From: Octopus bimaculoides
Lineage: Eukaryota
Assembly: GCF_001194135.2 (NCBI RefSeq)
Contig: NC_068984.1
Coordinates: forward strand, 10,255,431 to 10,289,828
Reading direction: 5' to 3'
Length of the DNA stretch: 34,398 nucleotides
Part shown: one piece after another, positions 20,671-31,426 of the stretch
Layout of the letters: each line of letters opens with the position of its first letter
How positions within the stretch are numbered: position 1 is the first letter of the stretch
Translations under genes and position numbers: made by a program
Notes under the pieces: generated by a model
What the model saw: only the letters and a program-made list of their open reading frames with translations
Databases searched by the model: none
Told to the model about the DNA's origin: nothing

Positions 20671-21284
20671 TCACCCTCTTACTTCCATATCTACTCTGTT
20701 ATTATGTTATTAGACAGGTGTGTACAGGTGTGTGTGTTTGTGTGTGTGTGATGCGCGCGACGTGTCTGTGTATGTGTGTGTGTGTTCAGGTGTTTGGAAG
20801 ACCCGGCCCCCTTCTTCCACCCCCACCCCACCCATCACTTCACACCAATGCTTGGACTCACTGACTTCTGAGAATCCAACATACAATTTAGTGCATCGCA
20901 CCTCTTGCTTCGTTTACGTCTGTTGCAGCGGCGGCATCATGTTTTCGTATTAGCATTTATCACCAGGGAGATTACACCTCAGCCGGATTTTATTTCTTTA
21001 TTCAGAAGACGAAGAACTAAATCGATAATACCATCTGCTTATTTAGTATGATTGATAAATGCGAAGAAGAGAGAAAGCCTGCGAGGTTAGGCGAGAGAAG
21101 AACAAAAAAATCATCTCACACATAACATTATTAGTATAAATATGGCCAATGCTAACATTCATAGGCAGAGCAAATATTAACCAGCCCAAGAAGAAACAGA
21201 CAAACGAACAAGCCGACCAACCAACCAACCAACCGACTAACTGGAAATAATAAATAAATATTTACATTTGCTTCTCATCTACAT

Positions 21285-21565
21285 AGTTCCGACTTCAGTC
21301 CCACAGCACGGTACCTTGGGAAAATGTGGAGGCCCGTCGTATATATATATGGGGAGAAACGGTATTTGAGTAGATGGGTGTGAGTGTTGTGTACGCGTGT
21401 GTGTTTGTGTTTGTTCTCTACCACCACTTGACAACCGGTGTTGATATGTTTACGTCCCTGTAACTTACCTGCTCGGCAAAAGAAAACCGATAGAATAAGT
21501 ACCAGACTAAAATTAGTCAAGGCGCTGCTCCGGAATGGCCGCGGTCGAATGACTGAAACAAGTAA
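21285..21565 (+). mobile_element. SINE family B with two internal deletions
   Basis: TTCAGTCCCAC..GGTACCTTGGG..[deletion]..GCCCGTCGTATATA..TTGACAACCGGTG..CGATAGAATAAGTAC..[deletion]..GGCGCTGCTCCGGAATGGCCGCGGTCGAATGACTGAAACAAGTAA. Confidence 0.75.
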
Positions 21566-22039
21566 TATATGTCTGTGGAGTGCCCTGCCNNNNNNNNNNN
21601 NNNNNNNNNNNNNNNNNNNNNNNNNNNNNNNNNNNNNNNNNNNNNNNNNNNNNNNNNNNNNNNNNNNNNNNNNNNNNNNNNNNNNNNNNNNNNNNNNNNN
21701 NNNNNNNNNNNNNNNNNNNNNNNNNNNNNNNNNNNNNNNNNNNNNNNNNNNNNNNNNNNNNNNNNNNNNNNNNNNNNNNNNNNNNNNNNNNNNNNNNNNN
21801 NNNNNNNNNNNNNNNNNNNNNNNNNNNNNNNNNNNNNNNNNNNNNNNNNNNNNNNNNNNNNNNNNNNNNNNNNNNNNNNNNNNNNNNNNNNNNNNNNNNN
21901 NNNNNNNNNNNNNNNNNNNNNNNNNNNNNNNNNNNNNNNNNNNNNNNNNNNNNNNNNNNNNNNNNNNNNNNNNNNNNNNNNNNNNNNNNNNNNNNNNNNN
22001 NNNNNNNNNNNNNNNNNNNNNNNNNNNNNNNNNATATAT

Positions 22040-22282
22040 CGTTGCTATTATGCACAAGTGTCGTAAGTCCAAAACGTTGCTTTTTCAGAAAACGTAAAAA
22101 TAGTTTCACCATTCGATAGCAAAACCGTTGTACTACACTTTCACAATTTTTGATATCTTGGCATCTGAAGCAGCTGGAGATACAATAGTTTGACCAAAAG
22201 AACGGGCTATTGCAAACAAAAATATTGAAAAAAAAACTCATTTGGGCAAATTTGGACATGCTGCAGTTTAACATAATAGCAA

Positions 22283-22284
<2 letters not shown>
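22040..22284. mobile_element. 245-bp MITE-like element embedded in (TA)n
   Basis: Perfect 13-bp TIRs CGTTGCTATTATG (22040-52) and CATAATAGCAACG (22272-84); (TA)n on both sides. Confidence 0.7.
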
Positions 22285-22324
<40 letters not shown>

Positions 22325-23038
22325 GAGAATTTACGAAAAAGCAACAACAGACGAGGACATATATATACAAATATATATATATATACGCACACACATTTCT
22401 ATATATGTATGCCCATATATATGTGTGTGTGTTGGTCTACTCATGCGTGTGTGTGCGTTCGTGTACAAGCAAACTAGTCAGCAGTGAAGTAGATATGCGC
22501 TTATAAGTTATCCATCCAAGTATGATGCTAGAATCCACCTAGAACGTGCTCTCTATGAAAGCATGGTGGAAAGTAATGAAATTAAGTTTTTGGCGTAGAA
22601 AATTCTGGACTACGTTTTGACAGACTTGACTATAAACAGCTGTCTGGTTGCAAGGACGTGATCAAATTGCCAGCGCTGTGAGCTGTGCTGGTTGCTGTGT
22701 ATCGTCACTAACTACAGGTTATTGCTTCACTGCAAAGCTTTGTGTGCTGCCAGTGATGGCCGTGGGGACAACTGTTCTGCGAAAGCTGCTTCGGCTGTGT
22801 CCGTTGCTGTCAGCGATTAGGTATGCCTCTTCATAAAGCAGCTCACTAATCATTGATTATTTGAGGGGAATCAATTCGAATAACTAAGTCATTGAATAAA
22901 ACTGTAGCCACCGACCTCGTAGTCCCTTTATCAGGAGAGATTGACTGAAATTACTACAATTGATTAAAAGATCAGCAATTAATCGTGGATGACATATTTT
23001 CTGGTTCCTAACAGGATAAAATATATACTTTGAATGCT

Positions 23039-23305
<267 letters not shown>

Positions 23306-24059
23306 ATACTATACTGTTGATGTTCCGTCACTGGCCAGCCGCGTCGTCTTTAATGAAAGACAATCCAGTGATGACATCTCGTCTTTGTAAGAGTACATAG
23401 AATAATGTTAGCTAATGTATCCTTTCCTTAATTAAAACTGTAGGGTGTGATGTGAAAGACATTTGGCTGCTATTTCTGAAGGTCTCTTGTGTTGCAAGAA
23501 ACAGCATGTAGGCACCATCTTGTTCGCTCGCTGACAATGTTATATATATGACGTGATGATTAGAGATCGAATACCCAATATTTGTAGCGGTGTCTTAGGT
23601 TCCAGCTGTGTGTCAGCCTTGATTAAATCTACGTAGTTTTACAAGATCATTTCATTGATGTATTTAATGATTGATATCTGATGCTGTTGAAAGAAGGTAA
23701 ATAGTCCTGTCCCAGCTGGAGGTTATATTCTAGGTCTGTGTTCATTTAAGTAGAGCAAATCTGACATATCTAGGTCGCTTGTAAGACGACGTCTGTGTGC
23801 GCATGAGTAAACGGAAATGAAGAGCTGTAGTACCCGAAATGTATTTGTTACTTGCTTCAATCATTAGACTGCGGCCAGTGTATTCTGTTAACAGACAGTA
23901 CATCGAAGCCGATATAATGTGTGGCAGAGAGAGATCTGGTGCATTGCAAGCATTCAGGTTGATTCCTCTTTCCGTACTCCACCAATCTCAGCGGGATTCA
24001 AAATGGCACTGACTGCTGATTGGTTCTACTCCTCTAAGTCATGCAAAATTTTTTATCTT

Positions 24060-24070
24060 ACACACATACA

Positions 24071-24160
<90 letters not shown>
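24060..24160. repeat. (CA)n microsatellite
   Basis: Direct reading of the sequence. Confidence 0.9.
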
Positions 24161-24164
<4 letters not shown>

Positions 24165-24399
24165 TATACATAGTCACAGATGTTCCAGTGATTTTCGGTG
24201 TAGAAAACAGTAGCACTCAAACGATTCGCACTTAGACTCCGATGTCTTTACAAGGGACCAATTCCGTGGGGTAAAGCATACCTTTAAGTGGAAACAAGGT
24301 GAGCAGATATGGAGGCAATTATGCGGATAAAGAAGTTAAATTTGATATACATATATATTTTGTGTATACATACATACATACGTACATACATACATAGTA

Positions 24400-25243
24400 T
24401 TAGGTCGTCAAGTATGAAATTTGTAGTAAGGTATATGGTAAACTTTGACAGCTGCTCGTTTTACGCCATTATTATATTCTGACAATCTTTATTTTATGTT
24501 AGAAAGCTGACACATTTATTTCTTTATTCTAACTCATTTTGCGCTTTATAAAGTATTTATAAATCGTTTTTTGCTTGATTTTGTTTAGAGATGGATAAGT
24601 CGGAAATTCGTACAGTTTTGAAATACGAGTTCTTTCTTGGAAATATAGCATCACAGACAGCTCGGAATATTAATGGAGTATTTCATTCTAATGTTATTAC
24701 ACAGCAAACAGTATCAAATTGGTTTGCAAAATTTCGTTCTGGTAACTTTGACCTCAAAAATGAACAATGCGGTCGACCAGAAACAAAGGTGGACAATGAC
24801 GTCGAGTCAGATCCCTCTCAAAGTGCCCGTGAATTATCGTTGTTTGGTGTTAGCAAGCAAACAATATTGACTCACCTAGTTCAAATCGGTAAAGTGTAAA
24901 AGTTGGATAGGTGGGCTCCTCATGAACTCAATGAAAATCAGAAACAGCGACGTTTGGAAGCTTGCATTATACTACTTTCTCATCACAAAAATGAATCATT
25001 TTTGAATCGAATTGTAACATGTGATGAGAAATAGATCCAATACAACAACCGTAGACGCTCAGCACAATGGTTGGACAAAGACGAGCCACCAAAACAGTCC
25101 AAAAAGCAAAATTCATCAAAAGAAGCTGATAGTGTGTGTTTGGTGGTCTGGCGCAGGTGTGATCCTTTATGATTTCATTAAACCTGGCTCATCAATCACA
25201 GCCGAAGTATACTGCAGCCAACTGGACCAAATGATGCAGAAAC
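24400..25243 (+). mobile_element. mariner (DD34D-type) transposon, left TIR plus decayed transposase, running into a gap
   Basis: TA|TTAGGTCGTC left end. ORF from 24591: MDKSEIRTVLKYEF..HTH..GRP..IGKV*KLDRWAPHEL (WVPHEL motif)..RIVTCDEK*IQYNN (first catalytic D); after a frameshift, KIHQKKLIVCVWWSGAGVILYDFIKPGSSITAEVYCSQLDQM. Confidence 0.92.
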
Positions 25244-26332
25244 NNNNNNNNNNNNNNNNNNNNNNNNNNNNNNNNNNNNNNNNNNNNNNNNNNNNNNNNN
25301 NNNNNNNNNNNNNNNNNNNNNNNNNNNNNNNNNNNNNNNNNNNNNNNNNNNNNNNNNNNNNNNNNNNNNNNNNNNNNNNNNNNNNNNNNNNNNNNNNNNN
25401 NNNNNNNNNNNNNNNNNNNNNNNNNNNNNNNNNNNNNNNNNNNNNNNNNNNNNNNNNNNNNNNNNNNNNNNNNNNNNNNNNNNNNNNNNNNNNNNNNNNN
25501 NNNNNNNNNNNNNNNNNNNNNNNNNNNNNNNNNNNNNNNNNNNNNNNNNNNNNNNNNNNNNNNNNNNNNNNNNNNNNNNNNNNNNNNNNNNNNNNNNNNN
25601 NNNNNNNNNNNNNNNNNNNNNNNNNNNNNNNNNNNNNNNNNNNNNNNNNNNNNNNNNNNNNNNNNNNNNNNNNNNNNNNNNNNNNNNNNNNNNNNNNNNN
25701 NNNNNNNNNNNNNNNNNNNNNNNNNNNNNNNNNNNNNNNNNNNNNNNNNNNNNNNNNNNNNNNNNNNNNNNNNNNNNNNNNNNNNNNNNNNNNNNNNNNN
25801 NNNNNNNNNNNNNNNNNNNNNNNNNNNNNNNNNNNNNNNNNNNNNNNNNNNNNNNNNNNNNNNNNNNNNNNNNNNNNNNNNNNNNNNNNNNNNNNNNNNN
25901 NNNNNNNNNNNNNNNNNNNNNNNNNNNNNNNNNNNNNNNNNNNNNNNNNNNNNNNNNNNNNNNNNNNNNNNNNNNNNNNNNNNNNNNNNNNNNNNNNNNN
26001 NNNNNNNNNNNNNNNNNNNNNNNNNNNNNNNNNNNNNNNNNNNNNNNNNNNNNNNNNNNNNNNNNNNNNNNNNNNNNNNNNNNNNNNNNNNNNNNNNNNN
26101 NNNNNNNNNNNNNNNNNNNNNNNNNNNNNNNNNNNNNNNNNNNNNNNNNNNNNNNNNNNNNNNNNNNNNNNNNNNAATTATATGTATTTATTCTATCCTA
26201 ATAAATAATAATTCTGATAGAATAAATGGGTTAATAGAAACCAAGGTAGCAAAGATCACAAAATAACTGTGGTGTAATTCCTGTTGGTGAGGCAGAAACT
26301 CCTTGATATTTTGGGTATTTGAGTATATTTAA

Positions 26333-27314
26333 AAATTTAAGGAATGGAGAAAACGCATGTTATAACTGCATACTTTATTCCGACATATGTTTCGAAGAAT
26401 TACAATTTATGCGATCCATAGGAATCGGCGATGTTAAAAATGTAAACTTCTCCTCAGGGAAATGCATGGGAATCATCTTAAACGTAAGACATTATGACCG
26501 AGTATGATAACTATAGTTGGAGAAGGTTATGACGTGATTCATTTGAAAAAAAACGTTGGAGATTAGGACGCTACCAGATAGTAGGATGGACAACACATAC
26601 ATACAGATATATATACATACATACACACATAGTTATATACACATATACACATATATATATATACACATATATATACGCACACATACACATAAATTTACAC
26701 ATATACACACACATACCTACCTATACACAAATACACACAAATGCATATTCATCCCCATATATACATAAATACAAACATACACACACATATACATACACAT
26801 ATACATGCATCTACGCCTATAACCAAACAAATACATACGCATATACATATATATACATGTATACATATATATACGTATACACACACATGCACATACATGC
26901 ACATACATACATACAAGCATACAAATACATATATATATAAAAAACCCATATGAATTTATTTACATGTATATACGTAGATGCATGTATATGTGTATGTATA
27001 TGTGCGTGTATATTTGTATTTATGTATATATGGGGATGAATATGCATTTATGTGTATTTGTGTATAGGTAGGTATGTGTGTGTATATGTGTAAATTTATG
27101 TGTATGTGTGCGTATATATATGTGTATATATATGTGTATATGTGTATATAACTATGTGTGTATGTATGTATATATATCTGTATGTATGTGTTGTCCATCT
27201 TACTATCTGGTAGCGTCCAAATCTCTAACGGTTGGATCGCATAAATTGTAATTCTTCGAAACATATGTCGGAATAAAGTATGCAGTTATAACATGCGTTT
27301 TCTCCATTCATTAA

Positions 27315-27318
<4 letters not shown>
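26333..27318. repeat. long foldback (inverted duplication): arms 26333-26815 and 26973-27318, with 26418-26553 absent from the right arm
   Basis: The right arm is a near-exact reverse complement of the left, including the irregular TA/CA low-complexity sequence. Confidence 0.9.
26367..26466 (-). ncRNA. canonical type I hammerhead ribozyme
   Basis: Reverse complement: UGCAU-UUCC-CUGAGGA-GAAG-(49 nt)-CUUC-GAA-ACAUAUGU-C/GGAA-UAAAGU-AUGCA. All core nucleotides are present, G10.1-C11.1 pairs, the cleavage triplet is GUC, and stem I is bulged. Confidence 0.85.
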
Positions 27319-27353
<35 letters not shown>

Positions 27354-27405
27354 TGTTGGCACTCCGTCGCTTACGACATCGAGGGTTCCAGTTGATCCGA
27401 TCAAC
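27354..27405 (-). mobile_element. SINE family A 3' tail fragment
   Basis: TTGTTGGCACTCCGTCGCTTACGACATCGAGGGTTCCAGTTGATCCGATCAAC is the reverse complement of about 17221-17273, with one mismatch. Confidence 0.85.
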
Positions 27406-27746
27406 GTGTGTGTGTGTATATAGCCGTGACTATCTCTTCCTGTAATATGGGGAAAAAGTATAATTCACCTACCTCGCTGGTCCTCTTGTAATGTCGATCC
27501 TTTCCAGCCGGGACACATCCATAGAGACCCTATCTGCCTCTGGCCAGACCCTAATTGCAAATTCCCTCAACTCACACAGCCACCGCATCTATTCCAAGCA
27601 ATAACCCCAAATCCAGAGAGACCCATGCTGGTCATCCTTCCGTTCACATGACCTCCCTCGCTACTCTCTTTCCGGAAAGACCGCTCAACCACGTGACGTC
27701 ACTGACCCTATACTTCCAGCCCACCTCAGCCCCACATTCCCTTTTA

Positions 27747-27967
27747 CGACGGGGGTGCTGAAAAGTTCCTGGCTTTAAGGGTGTCACGAAAGGCCTGGTC
27801 GGAGGCCCAACTTCCGAGTTCTTTTGCAGGGCTTAGAAAAACTAAGAGACCGCGTCAATAAGTGTGTGAATACGAGAGGGGAATATGATGTTGAATAAAA
27901 TCATAATTAGCGAATCCTTTTGTATTTTTTTCTTACCCAAAGCCAGGAACTTTTCACCAACCCCTCG
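27747..27967 (+). mobile_element. 221-bp mariner-derived MITE
   Basis: TIRs CGACGGGGGTGCTGAAAAGTTCCTGGCTTT and AAAGCCAGGAACTTTTCACCAACCCCTCG; TA at both ends. The interior encodes a mariner-type C-terminus QGLEKLRDRVNKCVNTRGEYDVE*. Confidence 0.85.
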
Positions 27968-29049
27968 TATATTACTTTTTAAAGGTATTATTTGTGTTAC
28001 ATTTGGCTGCTATTTCTAACATGTTGAAGGACCACCAAGAGTCTTCGTTGCAGGTTCGCATTTTTGCTTCTATTTCGTTTTCTTTGCGTTGGTCTGCTAT
28101 TTTTACGAAATATCAGATGTAAACAGCTCTTTTTTACAAAACCAACACGAAGACATATTTGAAATATTTGAGGTGGTTTGTTAGTGTGGAAATTACGTAA
28201 TTCTACTAATATTTGTAATTCTGACACTTTTCAGTTATTTGCAGCGCAAGTTTGAAACAATAAACCATTTTAGCACAAATAGATTCCAGTAACCAATCTC
28301 TAATTACACAACGATGTTTGTAAAAAATTAATGGAAAGACAGAACAACTGGTATATAAGGCAATGGGAAAAAATAACTTTTAACACGAATGAAAGCGAGA
28401 TATTTATAGACGTTCGACTCAAAAAATATTTCCTTAAAAATGCCAAGGACTGTGAAAGAAGTTTTCATTGGTTGGTTTGAGTCAACGGAAATCTAAGCTC
28501 AGATTAAATACATCTATCCTTGTTTATCATGGATTCATTCAACACTGATCCGAGATAACACGGTACGCTCAGCCGTGAACCATGTTGCATTTATCGCAAA
28601 TTGACTTGTGATAACACGGGTCAATGTTCAATCAAAGATTCTGCTTGATCTACAAGCATGCACCTCCAGTGGTCATTCTGTCTTATCTCTACGGAGACCG
28701 TTAGAGGAATAAAGGATAACTCAATACTGCAGTTTCAAATTCTTCAGATCATGTGCGTGAGTGCGAATCTGATTGGTTATCGTCAGTTGAGTCTATCATG
28801 AACGACCAAATATTCAGTGAAGCTCTACATAGCGCCGAAAACTTACCGGCTGCTATTTCTAGCAATGATCGTACTTCGTGTACAACTGCTTTATATATTT
28901 ATATGTGTGTGTGTGTGTTTGTGTGTGTGCGTGCGTATATGTGTGCGTGCGTGTGTGTATGTGTGTGTGTGTTTGTCTGTGTGCGTGTGTATGTGTGTGC
29001 ATTGTGCGTGCATGTGTGTACGTGTGTGTGTCTCTGTGTATGTGTATAC

Positions 29050-29248
29050 GTGTGTCTCTGTGTCTGTATTTGTCCTCTCCACCGTTTGACAACCGATGTT
29101 GGTATGTTCACGTCTCTGTAACTTAGCAGATCGGATAAAGAAATCGATAGAATAAGCACTTTTAAAAAAAGGCACTGGGGTCGATTTATTCGGCAAAAAC
29201 GCATTGCTCCAGCATAGCCGCAATCTAATGACTGAAACAAGTAAAAAA
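29050..29248 (+). mobile_element. SINE family B 3' half, preceded by (TG)-rich repeat at 28895-29060
   Basis: TTTGACAACCGATGTTGG..CGATAGAATAAG..CTGGGGTCGATTT..GCTCCAGCATAGCCGC..TGACTGAAACAAGTAAAA. Confidence 0.8.
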
Positions 29249-29583
29249 CATTTGATACAGTGATCATAAAATGTATTTTTCACTGTTATATTTTTATTAT
29301 TTACGGACCATATTTTATTATAATTACATCTTACTCTAAACATTATTCCAACCATGAAAAAATATTATGTGCGTTCAAGAACTGGTGTTATTTTGATAAA
29401 TTAGGGGAACAACTTCGTGTCTGAGAACGAAATCTATTTCTCCTATGTGTTTTGGTATCACTGATTCCATAAACACGACGGTTTTCCTGGAACCAAAAAA
29501 CCCGTGATAAACGAGTACCAATGCATAAACATGCCTGTCTTATAAACGATGTCAAAGATATTGCGTTATATTAAATAGATTAA

Positions 29584-29801
29584 AAGCAGCGAGTTCGCAG
29601 AATCGTTGGCATGCCGGACATAATGCATAGCGGCGTTTCATCCATGTTTACGTTGTGAGCTCAAATTTCGCCGATGTTGACTTAGCCCTTTATTCTTTCG
29701 GATGTTGATAACATAAGTGCCCGTTGGTAAGTACTGGGGCCCAATGTAATTGATTATACTCCTCCCTTCAAAATTTCAGGCCTTGTGCCAAAATCTGAAA
29801 C

Positions 29802-29855
<54 letters not shown>
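29584..29855 (+). mobile_element. diverged SINE family C with (ATT)n tail (29803-29855)
   Basis: GCAGCGAGTTCGCAGAATCGTTGGCATGCCGG..GAGCTCAAATTTCGCCG..AAATTTCAGGCCTTGTGCC..ATTATT. Confidence 0.8.
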
Positions 29856-29857
<2 letters not shown>

Positions 29858-30130
29858 GAAAACTCACAGCTTATTTTGCTGGTTATGATGGAAAGTGTCA
29901 GCTGTCCACAGCCAGCAGACTAAGGTGACACTTGTTTTACTGGTCATGCTTCAAGAACCCTGCCAAGAATTCTTGCAGTTCCAAGCAATGCTGATTTTTT
30001 GTAGGTGTTCTGCCTTCACACTTGCACCAATCTTTTTCAGCCATGTTGCTAGTTGTGTTCCGATACCTCCAAGTGCACCACTTACTATTGGTATCACGTC
30101 TACAATGTACCAATTACTATTGGTATCACA
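29856..30130 (-). mobile_element. R4/Dong-like RLE retrotransposon extreme 3' end
   Basis: Minus strand VIPIVSGALGGIGTQLATWLKKIGASVKAEHLQK, then after a frameshift ALLGTARILGRVLEA*. The 3' UTR runs into (TAA)n. A 31-bp duplication repeats the VIPIV segment. Confidence 0.8.
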
Positions 30131-30612
30131 GCAGCGCATGCCATCAAAGTGACACTGGGGGTAAAATATACGAAGCCCAGTATAACCATCATGTCTACCC
30201 GTCTGATAAAGGTACATCAGGCACATGCATCACAAGTATATATGCGTGACATGGTGATCTTATATCAAAATAAACAGTGCATGACCTCGCAGGTGGGGTT
30301 CAGTTAGAATTTTCTTCATGTCACGTAGCCCATCCCGCTCAAAAGATCTCTGAATAAGGGTTGTTTAAGGATGTTGAGCGAAACACCCATGTTTTCAGAG
30401 GTGAATTATCCAAGCCCCAAAGAATTCTTCTCAGCATATGACTATGATGCTCCCCAACTACTTCTACTCGTGATCAGAGATGCACATATCGTCAGCTACT
30501 AAGGGACAGGCTCAACTGGTTTTAAGGTCAAGTAACTGACAAACAAATCTGTGGTATGGAGTAGAATATTTGTTGTAGCCATCTTTGATACCAAGACAAA
30601 ACAATGTACATT
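30131..30612 (-). mobile_element. unclassified dispersed repeat abutting the R4-like fragment
   Basis: GC-richer non-coding block that I recall as a recurrent octopus repeat. Single copy in this window and not verified. Confidence 0.35.
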
Positions 30613-30639
30613 ATAACAATTATCCTTATTATTGGGTAA

Positions 30640-30783
30640 GATGTTTAGCGGCTTTTCGTCTGTCTGTACATTCTGAGTTCAAATGCCACTAAGGTCGACT
30701 TTGCTTTTCATCATTTCAAGGTCGATGAAACAAGTACCAGTCGAGGACTGGGGTCGATGCAATCGACTAACCCCTTGCCTTAA
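30640..30783 (+). mobile_element. SINE family C, 5'- and 3'-truncated
   Basis: TTAGCGGCTTTTCGTCTG..GAGTTCAAATGCC..GTCGACTTTGCTTTTCATC..GTCGATGAAACAAGTACCAGT..CTGGGGTCGATGCAATCGACT. Confidence 0.8.
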
Positions 30784-30830
30784 ATGTGTGTGTGTGTGTG
30801 TGTGTGTGTGTGCCTATATTAGAAAGGGGT

Positions 30831-30996
30831 TTCTTCTTCTTCTTCTTCTTCTTCTTCTTCTTCTTCTTCTTCTTCTTCTTCTTCTTCTTCTTTTTCTTCT
30901 TCTTCTTCTTCTTCTTCTTCTTCTTCTTCTTCTTCTTCTTCTTCTTCTTCTTCTTCTTCTTCTTCTTCTTCTTCTTCTTCTTCTTCTTCTTCTTCT
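30831..30996. repeat. (TTC)n microsatellite, about 55 units
   Basis: Direct reading of the sequence. Confidence 0.95.
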
Positions 30997-31189
30997 CGTT
31001 TGGGTGATCTTTTACAGTTATACAATTTTTTTTTTCAATAGATGTTTTTATCTCTTCAAAGAACAAAACATACACAAAGACAGGTGTAAGTCCTCGCGCA
31101 ATTATTAAAAGAAATATCAACTCTGCATCAATAACCATTGAGTACTTATTCGACTTATGATCTGCTCGATCATTGATCGATGTATGTAT

Positions 31190-31241
31190 ATGAGTTTGTA
31201 TATATATATATATGTATGTATGTATATGTGTTTGTTTGTGT

Positions 31242-31311
<70 letters not shown>

Positions 31312-31393
31312 GTATATATTTATATATACATACGTGTGTGTGTATATGTATGTATATACATTTATCCAACTTTCCATCCACCAATCAATATAA

Positions 31394-31426
<33 letters not shown>

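Noticed and set aside
21565-21589. SINE A fragment (GTCTGTGGAGTGC) abutting a gap
   Set aside because: Too short to call.
23480-23820. Possible coding exon on the minus strand
   Set aside because: Stops in the frames I translated and no recognisable motif.
26176-26205. CTATCCTAATA as the right TIR of the 24400 mariner
   Set aside because: Only TATTAGG (7 nt) matches the left end; the true end is probably in the gap.
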